DNA of 64,000 nt from Patescibacteria group bacterium (GTDB taxonomy: Bacteria > Patescibacteriota > Patescibacteriia > UBA10025 > JAHIVO01), in the NCBI GenBank assembly GCA_049325535.1, contig JBMOKY010000001.1:813942-877941 (forward strand), given 5' to 3'. The notes under the pieces were generated by a model. The model ran no database searches. It was not told the origin of the DNA and worked only from the letters and a program-made list of their open reading frames with translations. The position numbers were made by a program, and so were the translations under genes. Shown here piece by piece: positions 27,127 through 35,141 of the stretch (positions within the stretch are counted from its first letter, which is position 1; every line of letters starts with the position of its first letter).

Positions 27127-27600
27127 TCATTCACAATAGTATGAATCGAGCAGCGCCGGATCCAATACATCGGTGGTAGGGTGTACGATGATGCCGATGT
27201 CACACTGATCGAGAGTCTTGACCCCACAGACGCCCTGTAGATAACCCTCAGCGGTAAAAACGGCCTCCTCATTTGACGCTGGCTTACCCTGATAGATGCA
27301 GGCGGTATAACACTGACTTGATTCGATGCAGGGAATACCGACGTCATACGGCAGGCAGTACTCCACTCCACCAGGATACCGTGGCGAGGGATACGTCCTG
27401 ATCGTGCCGCCATCCAGCACACAACGTTCCCGTTGGTACGCACTCAACTCTCCGATCCCGACGCGCTCCTCTGGCACCACTTCCTCAGGACGCACCAACA
27501 GGGCGACAGCGACCGTCACGATGACAATCAAAAAACCAATCACCAGCCAGGGCCAGATGCGGTGTCGTTTGATTAGTGATGCTGAAGCGGAATGTCGCAT
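27127..27600 (-). CDS. Membrane-anchored Cys-rich hypothetical protein
   Basis: TM helix, then CVLDGG...YC..D.G.PC..SSQC...C. Confidence 0.65.
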   Translation of the reverse strand: MRHSASASLIKRHRIWPWLVIGFLIVIVTVAVALLVRPEEVVPEERVGIGELSAYQRERCVLDGGTIRTYPSPRYPGGVEYCLPYDVGIPCIESSQCYTACIYQGKPASNEEAVFTAEGYLQGVCGVKTLDQCDIGIIVHPTTDVLDPALLDSYYCE

Positions 27601-27875
27601 GAGGTGAGTAGCGCGGGCGTAACTCCCATAATACTGACTATCTTACGCCGGGAGGTCGATCCACGCACAATACGAATCGAAGATGTCGGCACGCGGAAAT
27701 ATGTAGCCAGGACAGCGCACACCGCCTGATTTGCCCTGCCGTGATCCGGACTGGCCGTGACGCGAATCTTCAGCGCTTCACCATACAGCCCGACGATGCT
27801 ATTGCGCTTACCGTGTGGGGATACGATCACCGAGACCTGCATGCCATGAGCCGGATGATAACGATACCAAGACAT
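27573..27875 (-). CDS. DUF167 (YggU/UPF0235) protein
   Basis: LKIRVTASP..GRAN.A....LA..F.VP.S.I.IVRG.TSRRK. Confidence 0.88.
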   Translation of the reverse strand: MSWYRYHPAHGMQVSVIVSPHGKRNSIVGLYGEALKIRVTASPDHGRANQAVCAVLATYFRVPTSSIRIVRGSTSRRKIVSIMGVTPALLTSCDIPLQHH

Positions 27876-27876
27876 T

Positions 27877-29022
27877 TTATTTTTTTGAGTACACCGCCAG
27901 GGTTTCCTCCGCCGCCCTGCGCCAGGAAAAATCTCGAGCCCGGGCCATGCCGGCCGTGCGCAGCCGTTGCTGCAGCGCCGGGGTGGCTATCAGTTCCTTC
28001 ATGGCTTCAGCCAGCGCCAAATCGTTCTCTGGATTCACCCGCAGTGCTGCATTGCCCGTTATCTCAGGGAGCGAGGAAATATTGCTGGTGATAACCGGCG
28101 TCCCGAGAGCCATCGCCTCCATGACTGGCAATCCAAACCCCTCATAACTGGAAGGGAAAGCGAAACACGCAGCTCGTTTGATCAGCTCAATTTTTTGATT
28201 GTGCGTGACGTACCCCAGGTATTTCACCTGTTTGGTCAGTTTCAGCTCTTTGATCGCCTCAAATACCTCCTCATGCTTATACCCCTTCGCACCGGCTAAT
28301 ACCAACTGATAGTCAGCAAAGCGAACCCGCGGGTATTTGGCGTCAGCGTCTAAAAATTTGCGGTACGCCCGGAGGAGCGTGGCAATATTCTTGCGCGGCT
28401 CGATAGTGCCGACGAAGAATATGTACCGAGACGACAAATTGAATCGTTTCAAACTATCGATTGATTGATTCCGCACGGAAATTTTTTGCACATGCACCCC
28501 TTCATAGACTACGGACATTTTCTTTGCCGGGATATTAAATAGGGTTTTCAGGTCTTTGCGCGTACTCTCGGATACCGCTATGATATGGTCGGCAGCACTC
28601 AGGCTCCGCGGCACCAGCAGTCGGGTACTGAATATTTGCGAGGGAAACCAGGCCGGATTCTTATAAATGGCGAGGTCATGGACCGTGACGATGCTTTTTT
28701 TCGGATAGGTCAGCGGCAGCGAGGTGATCGGCGAATGAAACACATCAAGCCCGTGCTTCAATAGATATGCCGAGATCAGCATGTGCGAATACGCGAACGG
28801 CATGAATTTATTGTACTGTGAGAATGGAAGCTGTTTGATTCGGACATTTTCCTGCACAAATTCCTTCGTATCGGGCACTCGATGGTCGAAATATAAATAA
28901 TATGTATTTTTCGTATCGACTTTCAACAAATTACGCACCAAATGGTACGTATAGTGACCGACGCCAGCGCCTTCGCCGGATTTCGGATTCAGGATAGTAC
29001 GACAGTCGATGCCAATACGCAT
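27877..29022 (-). CDS. Glycosyltransferase family 4
   Basis: MRIGIDCR, VTVHDL, VGTIEPRKN, FPSSYEGFGLPVMEAMALGTPV. Confidence 0.93.
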   Translation of the reverse strand: MRIGIDCRTILNPKSGEGAGVGHYTYHLVRNLLKVDTKNTYYLYFDHRVPDTKEFVQENVRIKQLPFSQYNKFMPFAYSHMLISAYLLKHGLDVFHSPITSLPLTYPKKSIVTVHDLAIYKNPAWFPSQIFSTRLLVPRSLSAADHIIAVSESTRKDLKTLFNIPAKKMSVVYEGVHVQKISVRNQSIDSLKRFNLSSRYIFFVGTIEPRKNIATLLRAYRKFLDADAKYPRVRFADYQLVLAGAKGYKHEEVFEAIKELKLTKQVKYLGYVTHNQKIELIKRAACFAFPSSYEGFGLPVMEAMALGTPVITSNISSLPEITGNAALRVNPENDLALAEAMKELIATPALQQRLRTAGMARARDFSWRRAAEETLAVYSKK

Positions 29023-29033
29023 AAGGGTGGAGA

Positions 29034-30677
29034 TTACATTTTTTCTGGGGCAGTGATGCCCATGGTTCCCAATACCTGCCGCAAAATAATTTGTGTCGCC
29101 CGGATCAGCTGAACGCGACTGCGCTGCGCGCTTCGGCCCTGAATCACTCGGCACTGCGTATAAAAGTCGTGGAACTGCGTGGCTAGCTCTATGGCATAAA
29201 ACGGTAATCGGTGCACGTGATACGTCTGGCTGACATCAGTCACGAGCTCGGGCCATTTGAGAATCGTCTTGATCAGCCGTACCTCGGGCAATTCCATCCG
29301 AACATTCCGTGCCTCTGCTTTCGGTGCAAATCCCTGTACTTTCTTCAGTATACTACAGATACGCGCATGCGCATATTGGACATAGTACACTGGGTTGTCT
29401 TTTGACTGCTTTTTCGCCAGATCCATGTCAAAATCCATGTGCGAATTGAACTCATGCATGAGAAAGAAAAAACGAGCTGCATCCACTCCGACCTCCTCTA
29501 CCAGCTCATCGAGCGTCACAAAGGTGCCGGATCGTTTGGACATCCGGACCTCTTGGCCTTTTTTCAGCAACCGGACCATCTGGATGATGATGATGTCCAA
29601 TCGGTCAGCCAATCCGAGCAATTGCATAGCCGCCTGCATCCGGCCGATGTACCCATGGTGATCGGCGCCCAAAAGAAAAATTTCCCGATCGAATTTGCGT
29701 TTGAAAAATCGATTATACCGCAGGGCGATGTCTGATAGGAAATACACCGGCTCTTCATTTGCCTTGATCAGCACTCTGTCTTTATCGTCGCCGTAGACGG
29801 TGGTACGGAGCCAGATAGCACCCTCGGATTTGTACAGCACCCCTTGTTTTTTCAGCAGAGCTAATACCGTATCAACGGTACCGGATGAATACAGTGTTTT
29901 TTCCGAAAACCACTCATCATACTTGATGCCCAGCCGGTTTACCAGTAATTTCTGGATGTCCCTGATCATCTTTTCCAGGATGCGCCCTTTGATTTTATCG
30001 CGCACCTCTTCAATTTTTTGTACATTATTTAATTTATAATTTGGCACATTGATTCGCCGTGCCAGGTCACTGATGTAGGTTCCTTGATAGCAATATTCTG
30101 GGTATTCCATTTTAATCCCCTGCTGAATCCAATACCGACGCACCACGGATTCCGCCAATATATTTACCTGGTTACCGATGTCATTGATATAGTACTCCCG
30201 CCGTGGCCGAAACCCTCCCAGCGCCAAAACATTGGCCAGGGTATCGCCGGCAAAAGCGGCGCGACCGTTAGCAATGGTTACTGGACCGGTGGGATTTGCC
30301 GAGACAAATTCGATGACAATTTTTTTCCCCGCCCCCATGTCGGATCTGGCGAATGCCGTTTTCTCATTGAGCACCGCGGCAACCTGCCGCTTCAGCCACC
30401 CGTGTTTCAATTTAAAATTGATAAAACCCGGCGGAACAATCTCCACCGTTTCCACCGGCGCCATTCCGCCCAGCGATGCGACCAGCGTCTGGGCGATATC
30501 CATCGGGCTGCGATGCAGTAATGGCGCCAGCTGCATGGCGATATTTGTCGAATAATCACCAAATCGCTCCTCCGGCGGATAATTCAATTCTATGCGCGGC
30601 ACGTGTCCCCGTAATTCCGCCCACTCATTGATGATGGTACGGGAGATTTTTGCGATGAAAAAACGCTTGAGGTTCAT
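29034..30677 (-). CDS. argS: Arginine--tRNA ligase
   Basis: FGDYSTN, EFVSANPTGP, GADHHGY, MSKRSG, YYVQYAHARICSI, C-terminal APEKM. Confidence 0.97.
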   Translation of the reverse strand: MNLKRFFIAKISRTIINEWAELRGHVPRIELNYPPEERFGDYSTNIAMQLAPLLHRSPMDIAQTLVASLGGMAPVETVEIVPPGFINFKLKHGWLKRQVAAVLNEKTAFARSDMGAGKKIVIEFVSANPTGPVTIANGRAAFAGDTLANVLALGGFRPRREYYINDIGNQVNILAESVVRRYWIQQGIKMEYPEYCYQGTYISDLARRINVPNYKLNNVQKIEEVRDKIKGRILEKMIRDIQKLLVNRLGIKYDEWFSEKTLYSSGTVDTVLALLKKQGVLYKSEGAIWLRTTVYGDDKDRVLIKANEEPVYFLSDIALRYNRFFKRKFDREIFLLGADHHGYIGRMQAAMQLLGLADRLDIIIIQMVRLLKKGQEVRMSKRSGTFVTLDELVEEVGVDAARFFFLMHEFNSHMDFDMDLAKKQSKDNPVYYVQYAHARICSILKKVQGFAPKAEARNVRMELPEVRLIKTILKWPELVTDVSQTYHVHRLPFYAIELATQFHDFYTQCRVIQGRSAQRSRVQLIRATQIILRQVLGTMGITAPEKM

Positions 30678-30704
30678 AGATAGCTATAGTATAGCATACT
30701 ACGC

Positions 30705-30733
30705 TTGACGAGTGACGCTCCGTACGATACGAT
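30705..30733 (+). promoter_or_regulatory. Sigma70-type promoter TTGACG-N17-TACGAT
   Basis: Consensus spacing upstream of the AGGAGG-led ORF at 30778. Confidence 0.6.
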
Positions 30734-30777
30734 TGGAGACTTTGTACATTGCACATCATTGACTACAGGAGGATCAT

Positions 30778-31341
30778 ATGACGGAACGAGACGTCACCTA
30801 TGCATCAGTTGTCTTTGCCGTTATGAGTCATTCGCCGCGCCTGGTCAAATGGCTGGAAAATGAGGGCGTGAGCACCGACACCCTGTGTCGAGCCGATGCC
30901 GTTTTATTTATCCATCCGGAATCAAAAGGGTTGGCCATCCTCAAACTGCCGGCAGACCTCATCACCAAACTCTGTACCGTGCAAGAAGACATCGCCCGGA
31001 CGTCCGGCTATATCTGGGAAATTACCAGCGTCATGGCGGAAAAAACTATCGAGCCATACGCCATCTGCCTCACCGTTCACGCAAACCGTCTCCGTGCCGA
31101 ACTGGCGCTCAAAAATGGAGGAGATGAACTGGCCTATGTTCAGATTCCCGACCTGGGAAAAGCGCTGTTGGCCTTCATCGAGCTGGATAAAATGAATGAT
31201 GACGAAAACGCCGTCATTCCCCTGCTGGTGGATGACGCCTTGCTCACCGGAAGCTTCTACGAAGACCCGGACGACCTGAGTAAATGCTGGCCCGGCGCGA
31301 GTGTCATGCAGTTCATACCGTTTGCCAAAGAAAAGGCATGA
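30778..31341 (+). CDS. Hypothetical protein
   Basis: AGGAGG RBS, own promoter and terminator. Confidence 0.7.
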   Translation: MTERDVTYASVVFAVMSHSPRLVKWLENEGVSTDTLCRADAVLFIHPESKGLAILKLPADLITKLCTVQEDIARTSGYIWEITSVMAEKTIEPYAICLTVHANRLRAELALKNGGDELAYVQIPDLGKALLAFIELDKMNDDENAVIPLLVDDALLTGSFYEDPDDLSKCWPGASVMQFIPFAKEKA

Positions 31342-31365
31342 TCCGTGGATCCACTTCACGTCATT

Positions 31366-31401
31366 CCCGCCTATTGCCCATACACCGGTAGGCGGGTTTT
31401 T
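31366..31401 (+). terminator. Intrinsic terminator
   Basis: CCCGCCTA...TAGGCGGG followed by a T run. Confidence 0.7.
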
Positions 31402-31432
31402 ATTCACACCACTTTCGACTATACTTACTCAC

Positions 31433-31882
31433 ATGCCCACTCTGACCACAAACAAACGCGCCTGGCATGATTACCAGATCCTCGAGGAACAAGAGGCTGG
31501 TATAGTATTGACCGGCGCCGAGGTAAAAGCAATCAAACAGGGTCACGCCAATCTCCGGGGCAGCTATATCTCCATCCGCCAACAAGAATTATGGCTGATC
31601 GGAGCCCATATTAGCCCCTATGCTATGGCTGCCGGACGAGGGCAGATGGATCCCGCGCGCGATCGTAAATTGATTATGCGTCGAATAGAGATAGATTCAT
31701 TACAAGGAAAAGAACACTCCCAAGGCTTGACAATCGTGCCACTTTCTGTTTATACTAAGGGGGGCTTAATCAAAGTTAAGCTCGGTATTTGTAGAGGCAA
31801 GAAGGCACATGATAAACGCTCGTCAATCAAGAAGCGGGAAACTGATCGCCTCATCCAACGGGCGCTCAGACAGAAAGCATAG
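31433..31882 (+). CDS. smpB: SsrA-binding protein
   Basis: NKRAWHDY.ILE..EAGIVL.G.EVK, RKL, GKK.HDKR. Confidence 0.97.
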   Translation: MPTLTTNKRAWHDYQILEEQEAGIVLTGAEVKAIKQGHANLRGSYISIRQQELWLIGAHISPYAMAAGRGQMDPARDRKLIMRRIEIDSLQGKEHSQGLTIVPLSVYTKGGLIKVKLGICRGKKAHDKRSSIKKRETDRLIQRALRQKA

Positions 31883-31955
31883 CGACAAACGCCTGAAATA
31901 GTTTGCGGAAAGTGTCGAAAACTACTTGATAAGAAGGAGTTTTCGAAACCTTTCT

Positions 31956-32355
31956 GGGAGCGATCTAAAATCGACAGTAGTACGTTGATACGAATTGCAA
32001 GCCGTCTCATGCTATCTCGAGACGCTAAACTCCCGATAGCACTACACAAATGCCAATTCATTTGTTTCAAAAGTGAAGGCTACGTTCGCTTCGGCGTTCC
32101 GTATGCCGGCACTCGCAGTTGCATAACTATCCAACTGCCATTACCTATGTGATGTCCGATATCATAGCGTAGTGACATTTTCGGAATACGACGCCGGTGT
32201 CGTCACTGCCGGTGTCCGACCAATTGTGTGACGTAGGATCATGGGGTTTTTGCGCGTTTCATACCCATGACCCGAACCTATGAGACGCGCTACGCTTGTA
32301 GAGATTTGTACCACGGGCTGCATGGACAGGGGTGCGATGCCCCTCGCTTCCACCA
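31956..32355 (+). ncRNA. ssrA: tmRNA
   Basis: 5' GGGAGCG pairs with 3' CGCTTCC-ACCA including G3.U; ATCGAC after the D-like loop; tag ORF 32052-32126 ANSFVSKVKATFASAFRMPALAVA*; follows smpB. Confidence 0.93.
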
Positions 32356-32378
32356 TTTTATCCAATAACTGAAAAAAT

Positions 32379-32921
32379 ATTCGCCACTCCCAAAAACCGA
32401 AATTCGTCAGGCGCCAGCGCGTCAATGAACAAATTCGCGTGCCCCAGGTGCGCGTCATCGATGAACAGGGCGAACAACTCGGCGTTCTCGATACCCGGCG
32501 TGCCATGGATCTCGCCCACGAACGCGGTTTCGATTTGATTGAAGTCTCGCCGCTGGCAGAACCGCCGGTATGCCGTATTGCGGACTACGGCGCATTTCTC
32601 TTCAATCAGGACAAAAAAGAACGGAAACAGAAAGCCAAACAGAAAAAAGTCGAGGTCAAAGGCATTCGACTCACCCTGAAGATTGGCCCCCACGACCTGG
32701 AAAATCGACGCCGCCAATCGCTAAAATTTTTGGAAAAGGGCGACAAAACCAAAGTGGAGATGATATTGCGGGGCCGAGAACGAGCCTATGCGGATCGAGC
32801 AGTCGAGATCATGAAAAAATTCGCTCAGGACCTCGCCGCGGAAAATGCCAATGTCCTGGTGGAAAAAGGGGCATCCCGCCAGGGCAATCGCCTCTTCATG
32901 ATTATCGGCATGAAAAAATAG
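32379..32921 (+). CDS. infC: Translation initiation factor IF-3 (ATT start)
   Basis: VNEQIR..QVRVID, DLIEVSP...PPVCRI.DYG; in-frame ATT at 32379 follows an in-frame TGA at 32370. Confidence 0.95.
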   Translation: MRHSQKPKFVRRQRVNEQIRVPQVRVIDEQGEQLGVLDTRRAMDLAHERGFDLIEVSPLAEPPVCRIADYGAFLFNQDKKERKQKAKQKKVEVKGIRLTLKIGPHDLENRRRQSLKFLEKGDKTKVEMILRGRERAYADRAVEIMKKFAQDLAAENANVLVEKGASRQGNRLFMIIGMKK

Positions 32922-33011
32922 TACCACCCGCGCCAGCATGGCAACTGGCATCCCAGTTGACTTTTTCCTGTATTCACCGTAACCTATACTCTACATAATT
33001 TACCTATCCGT

Positions 33012-33212
33012 ATGCCTAAACTAAAGACTCATAAAGCAACCGCGAAACGCGTCCGTGTCAGTGGCGCCCGAAAACTGCTCCGCCGCCGTGCCGGCCAAGA
33101 TCATTTTAATTCACGAGAATCCGGAACTGTCACCCGCAGTAAACGCCGCGACGCATCGATTGCCGAGACTGCAGCCGCGAAAACTATTAAAATCCTAACC
33201 CCTTATCGCTAG
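33012..33212 (+). CDS. rpmI: 50S ribosomal protein L35
   Basis: MPKLKTHKATAKRV. Confidence 0.95.
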   Translation: MPKLKTHKATAKRVRVSGARKLLRRRAGQDHFNSRESGTVTRSKRRDASIAETAAAKTIKILTPYR

Positions 33213-33215
33213 CAT

Positions 33216-33560
33216 ATGCGCGTCAAACGAGGAACAAGTCACGTCCACCATCGTAATCGGATCCTGAAACGTACCAAAGGTTTCCGCTGGGGTCGGAAAA
33301 GACTCATTACATTAGCTAAAACTGCCGAGACCAAAGCGGGGGCGCACGCCTATCGAGATCGCCGCGTCAAAAAACGAAATACCCGCCGCGTCTGGAATGT
33401 ACAAATCAATGCGGGCACCCGCATCCATAATCTTTCCTATAGCAAATTCATCAAGCAGCTCAAGGACGCAAAAGTCGAACTCGACCGGAAGTCATTGGCA
33501 TATCTGGCCGAACACCAGCCTGAGGCATTTGCCTACATCGTCAAACACATCAGCAAATAG
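33216..33560 (+). CDS. rplT: 50S ribosomal protein L20
   Basis: MRVKRG, AYRDRRVKKR..R..W...INAG, LDRKSLA. Confidence 0.97.
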   Translation: MRVKRGTSHVHHRNRILKRTKGFRWGRKRLITLAKTAETKAGAHAYRDRRVKKRNTRRVWNVQINAGTRIHNLSYSKFIKQLKDAKVELDRKSLAYLAEHQPEAFAYIVKHISK

Positions 33561-33584
33561 CGGCACAAACACAACGAAGCAAGT

Positions 33585-33605
33585 CCATGGTGTAGCCCGG
33601 TTAAC
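33585..33605 (+). repeat. 21-bp direct copy of the tRNA-Asp 5' segment (33680-33700)
   Basis: CCATGGTGTAGCCCGGTTAAC at both positions. Confidence 0.9.
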
Positions 33606-33675
33606 CCCGTAGAAACTCTCACGGCGTTCGAGTTGTACGTGGCAAGCACGCCGACAAATCAATACGGTTCAGAGC

Positions 33676-33750
33676 GGGCCCATGGTGTAGCCCGGTTAAC
33701 ACGCCTCCCTGTCACGGAGGAGATCAGGGGTTCAAATCCCCTTGGGCCCG
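33676..33750 (+). tRNA. tRNA-Asp(GTC), CCA not encoded
   Basis: Acceptor GGGCCCA/TGGGCCC, anticodon arm CCTCC-CTGTCAC-GGAGG, T-arm AGGGG-TTCAAAT-CCCCT. Confidence 0.97.
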
Positions 33751-33808
33751 CTCTGAACCGTAGAATTACTCCCTGCCCGCCCTCGCGAGTACCGGCATTT
33801 TTTTTGAA

Positions 33809-33837
33809 TTGACAAAACACCCCACCAATACTAAGGT
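33809..33837 (+). promoter_or_regulatory. Sigma70-type promoter TTGACA-N17-TAAGGT
   Basis: Upstream of the purH-like gene; same -10 variant as the purC promoter. Confidence 0.65.
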
Positions 33838-33892
33838 AACGTAATTCAAAACAAAGACTCAAACAGTTCACCATCAAAAAACGAGGTTTATC

Positions 33893-34978
33893 ATGGACGC
33901 AACCACACTTGGACAAAAGATCCAGGAACATCCAGAAGCAACCGGATTCATCGGTCTTCCCGCTGCGCCGTGCAAGTATGGCGAAAATGCCTGGCAGGCA
34001 CCGGCGCGTCTGATGCGGTTTCTCGATGAACAGGCTGCCGCAGATCCACTGACGCTCGACAAATTCACCCTCCTGGCCGGAACCGACCCGAGCTACAATA
34101 ACTTTTGTGATCTCGACCGTCTCCTGCAGACGACGACGCATATCGCGGCCGGTTTCGACGTCAACTTCCAGTACGTTCCAGCGATCGCCGTAGCCGTCAA
34201 ACACGGAAACGCATGCGGCGCCAGCGTCGGTGATGATCACGTCACCGTGCTGCAGAAAGTCGTCATGGGTGACCCGCGGGCGATATTCGGCGGGCTGGTC
34301 ATGGTTAATTTCCCCATCGGGGAAATCGAGGCTGAAGTGCTCCTATCGTATGGTACCGCCGGTGGCCGCCGACTGCTGGACGGAATCGTCGCTCCGGACT
34401 TCTCGCCCGAGGCCGTCAGCATGTTGTCCCGGAAAAAGGATAAATGCCGTTTCCTGCAGAACTCCGCGCTGGCACGGCTGAGCCAGAACTCTCTCGATGC
34501 GCGCCTGCGCTTCCGATACGTCCGCGGGGGGTGGCTGGAACAGCCGAACTACACCTACATTTTCAGCTTCAATCATCCCAATCTGGAAATCAATGGGGTG
34601 CTCAGCCAGCAGGAAATGACCGACCTGGTGCTGGGCTGGGCGATCAATGCCACCAGCAACTCGAACACCATCACGCTGACCAAAGACGGCATGCTGATCG
34701 GCAACGGCACCGGCCAGCAGGATCGCGTCAGCGCCGCGGAGCTGGCGATCAGAAAAACGGTGGATGCGCACCATACGACGTTCAAGGCAGTCGCGATCAG
34801 CGACAGCTTCTTCCCATTCACGGATGGACCCGAACGTCTGTGCGTAGCCGGCGTATCAGCCATTTTGACCACCTCCAGCTCGGTAGCGGACGAAAAAGTC
34901 CGTGAGACCATCATGAACCGCGGGGTGGCACTGGCGTGGCTGCCCGATGCCGATGGCCGTGGTTTCTACGGGCATTAA
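33893..34978 (+). CDS. purH: AICAR transformylase domain only (PurH C-terminal part)
   Basis: KYGEN..Q, SYNN..D, VKHGNACG, AIFGG, GQQDRV, SDSFFPF.DG; no N-terminal IMP cyclohydrolase domain. Confidence 0.85.
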   Translation: MDATTLGQKIQEHPEATGFIGLPAAPCKYGENAWQAPARLMRFLDEQAAADPLTLDKFTLLAGTDPSYNNFCDLDRLLQTTTHIAAGFDVNFQYVPAIAVAVKHGNACGASVGDDHVTVLQKVVMGDPRAIFGGLVMVNFPIGEIEAEVLLSYGTAGGRRLLDGIVAPDFSPEAVSMLSRKKDKCRFLQNSALARLSQNSLDARLRFRYVRGGWLEQPNYTYIFSFNHPNLEINGVLSQQEMTDLVLGWAINATSNSNTITLTKDGMLIGNGTGQQDRVSAAELAIRKTVDAHHTTFKAVAISDSFFPFTDGPERLCVAGVSAILTTSSSVADEKVRETIMNRGVALAWLPDADGRGFYGH

Positions 34979-35009
34979 TCCTGACTCTCCTCGCGCTGTT
35001 CGCTCTCAC

Positions 35010-35042
35010 TGGCGGCCTGCTCTACCCAGGCCGCCATTTTTA
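35010..35042 (+). terminator. Intrinsic terminator
   Basis: TGGCGGCCTG...CAGGCCGCCA followed by a T run. Confidence 0.75.
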
Positions 35043-35071
35043 TTGACTAAAATTAACTAAATTGGTAAGGT
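35043..35071 (+). promoter_or_regulatory. Sigma70-type promoter TTGACT-N17-TAAGGT
   Basis: Consensus spacing upstream of the GGAGGT-led purC fusion. Confidence 0.65.
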
Positions 35072-35141
35072 GCTCAAACGAAAACAGATACTAAAAAAAT
35101 TACAAAACCGTTCACTACTAAACCAAGAAGGAGGTGTGCAA

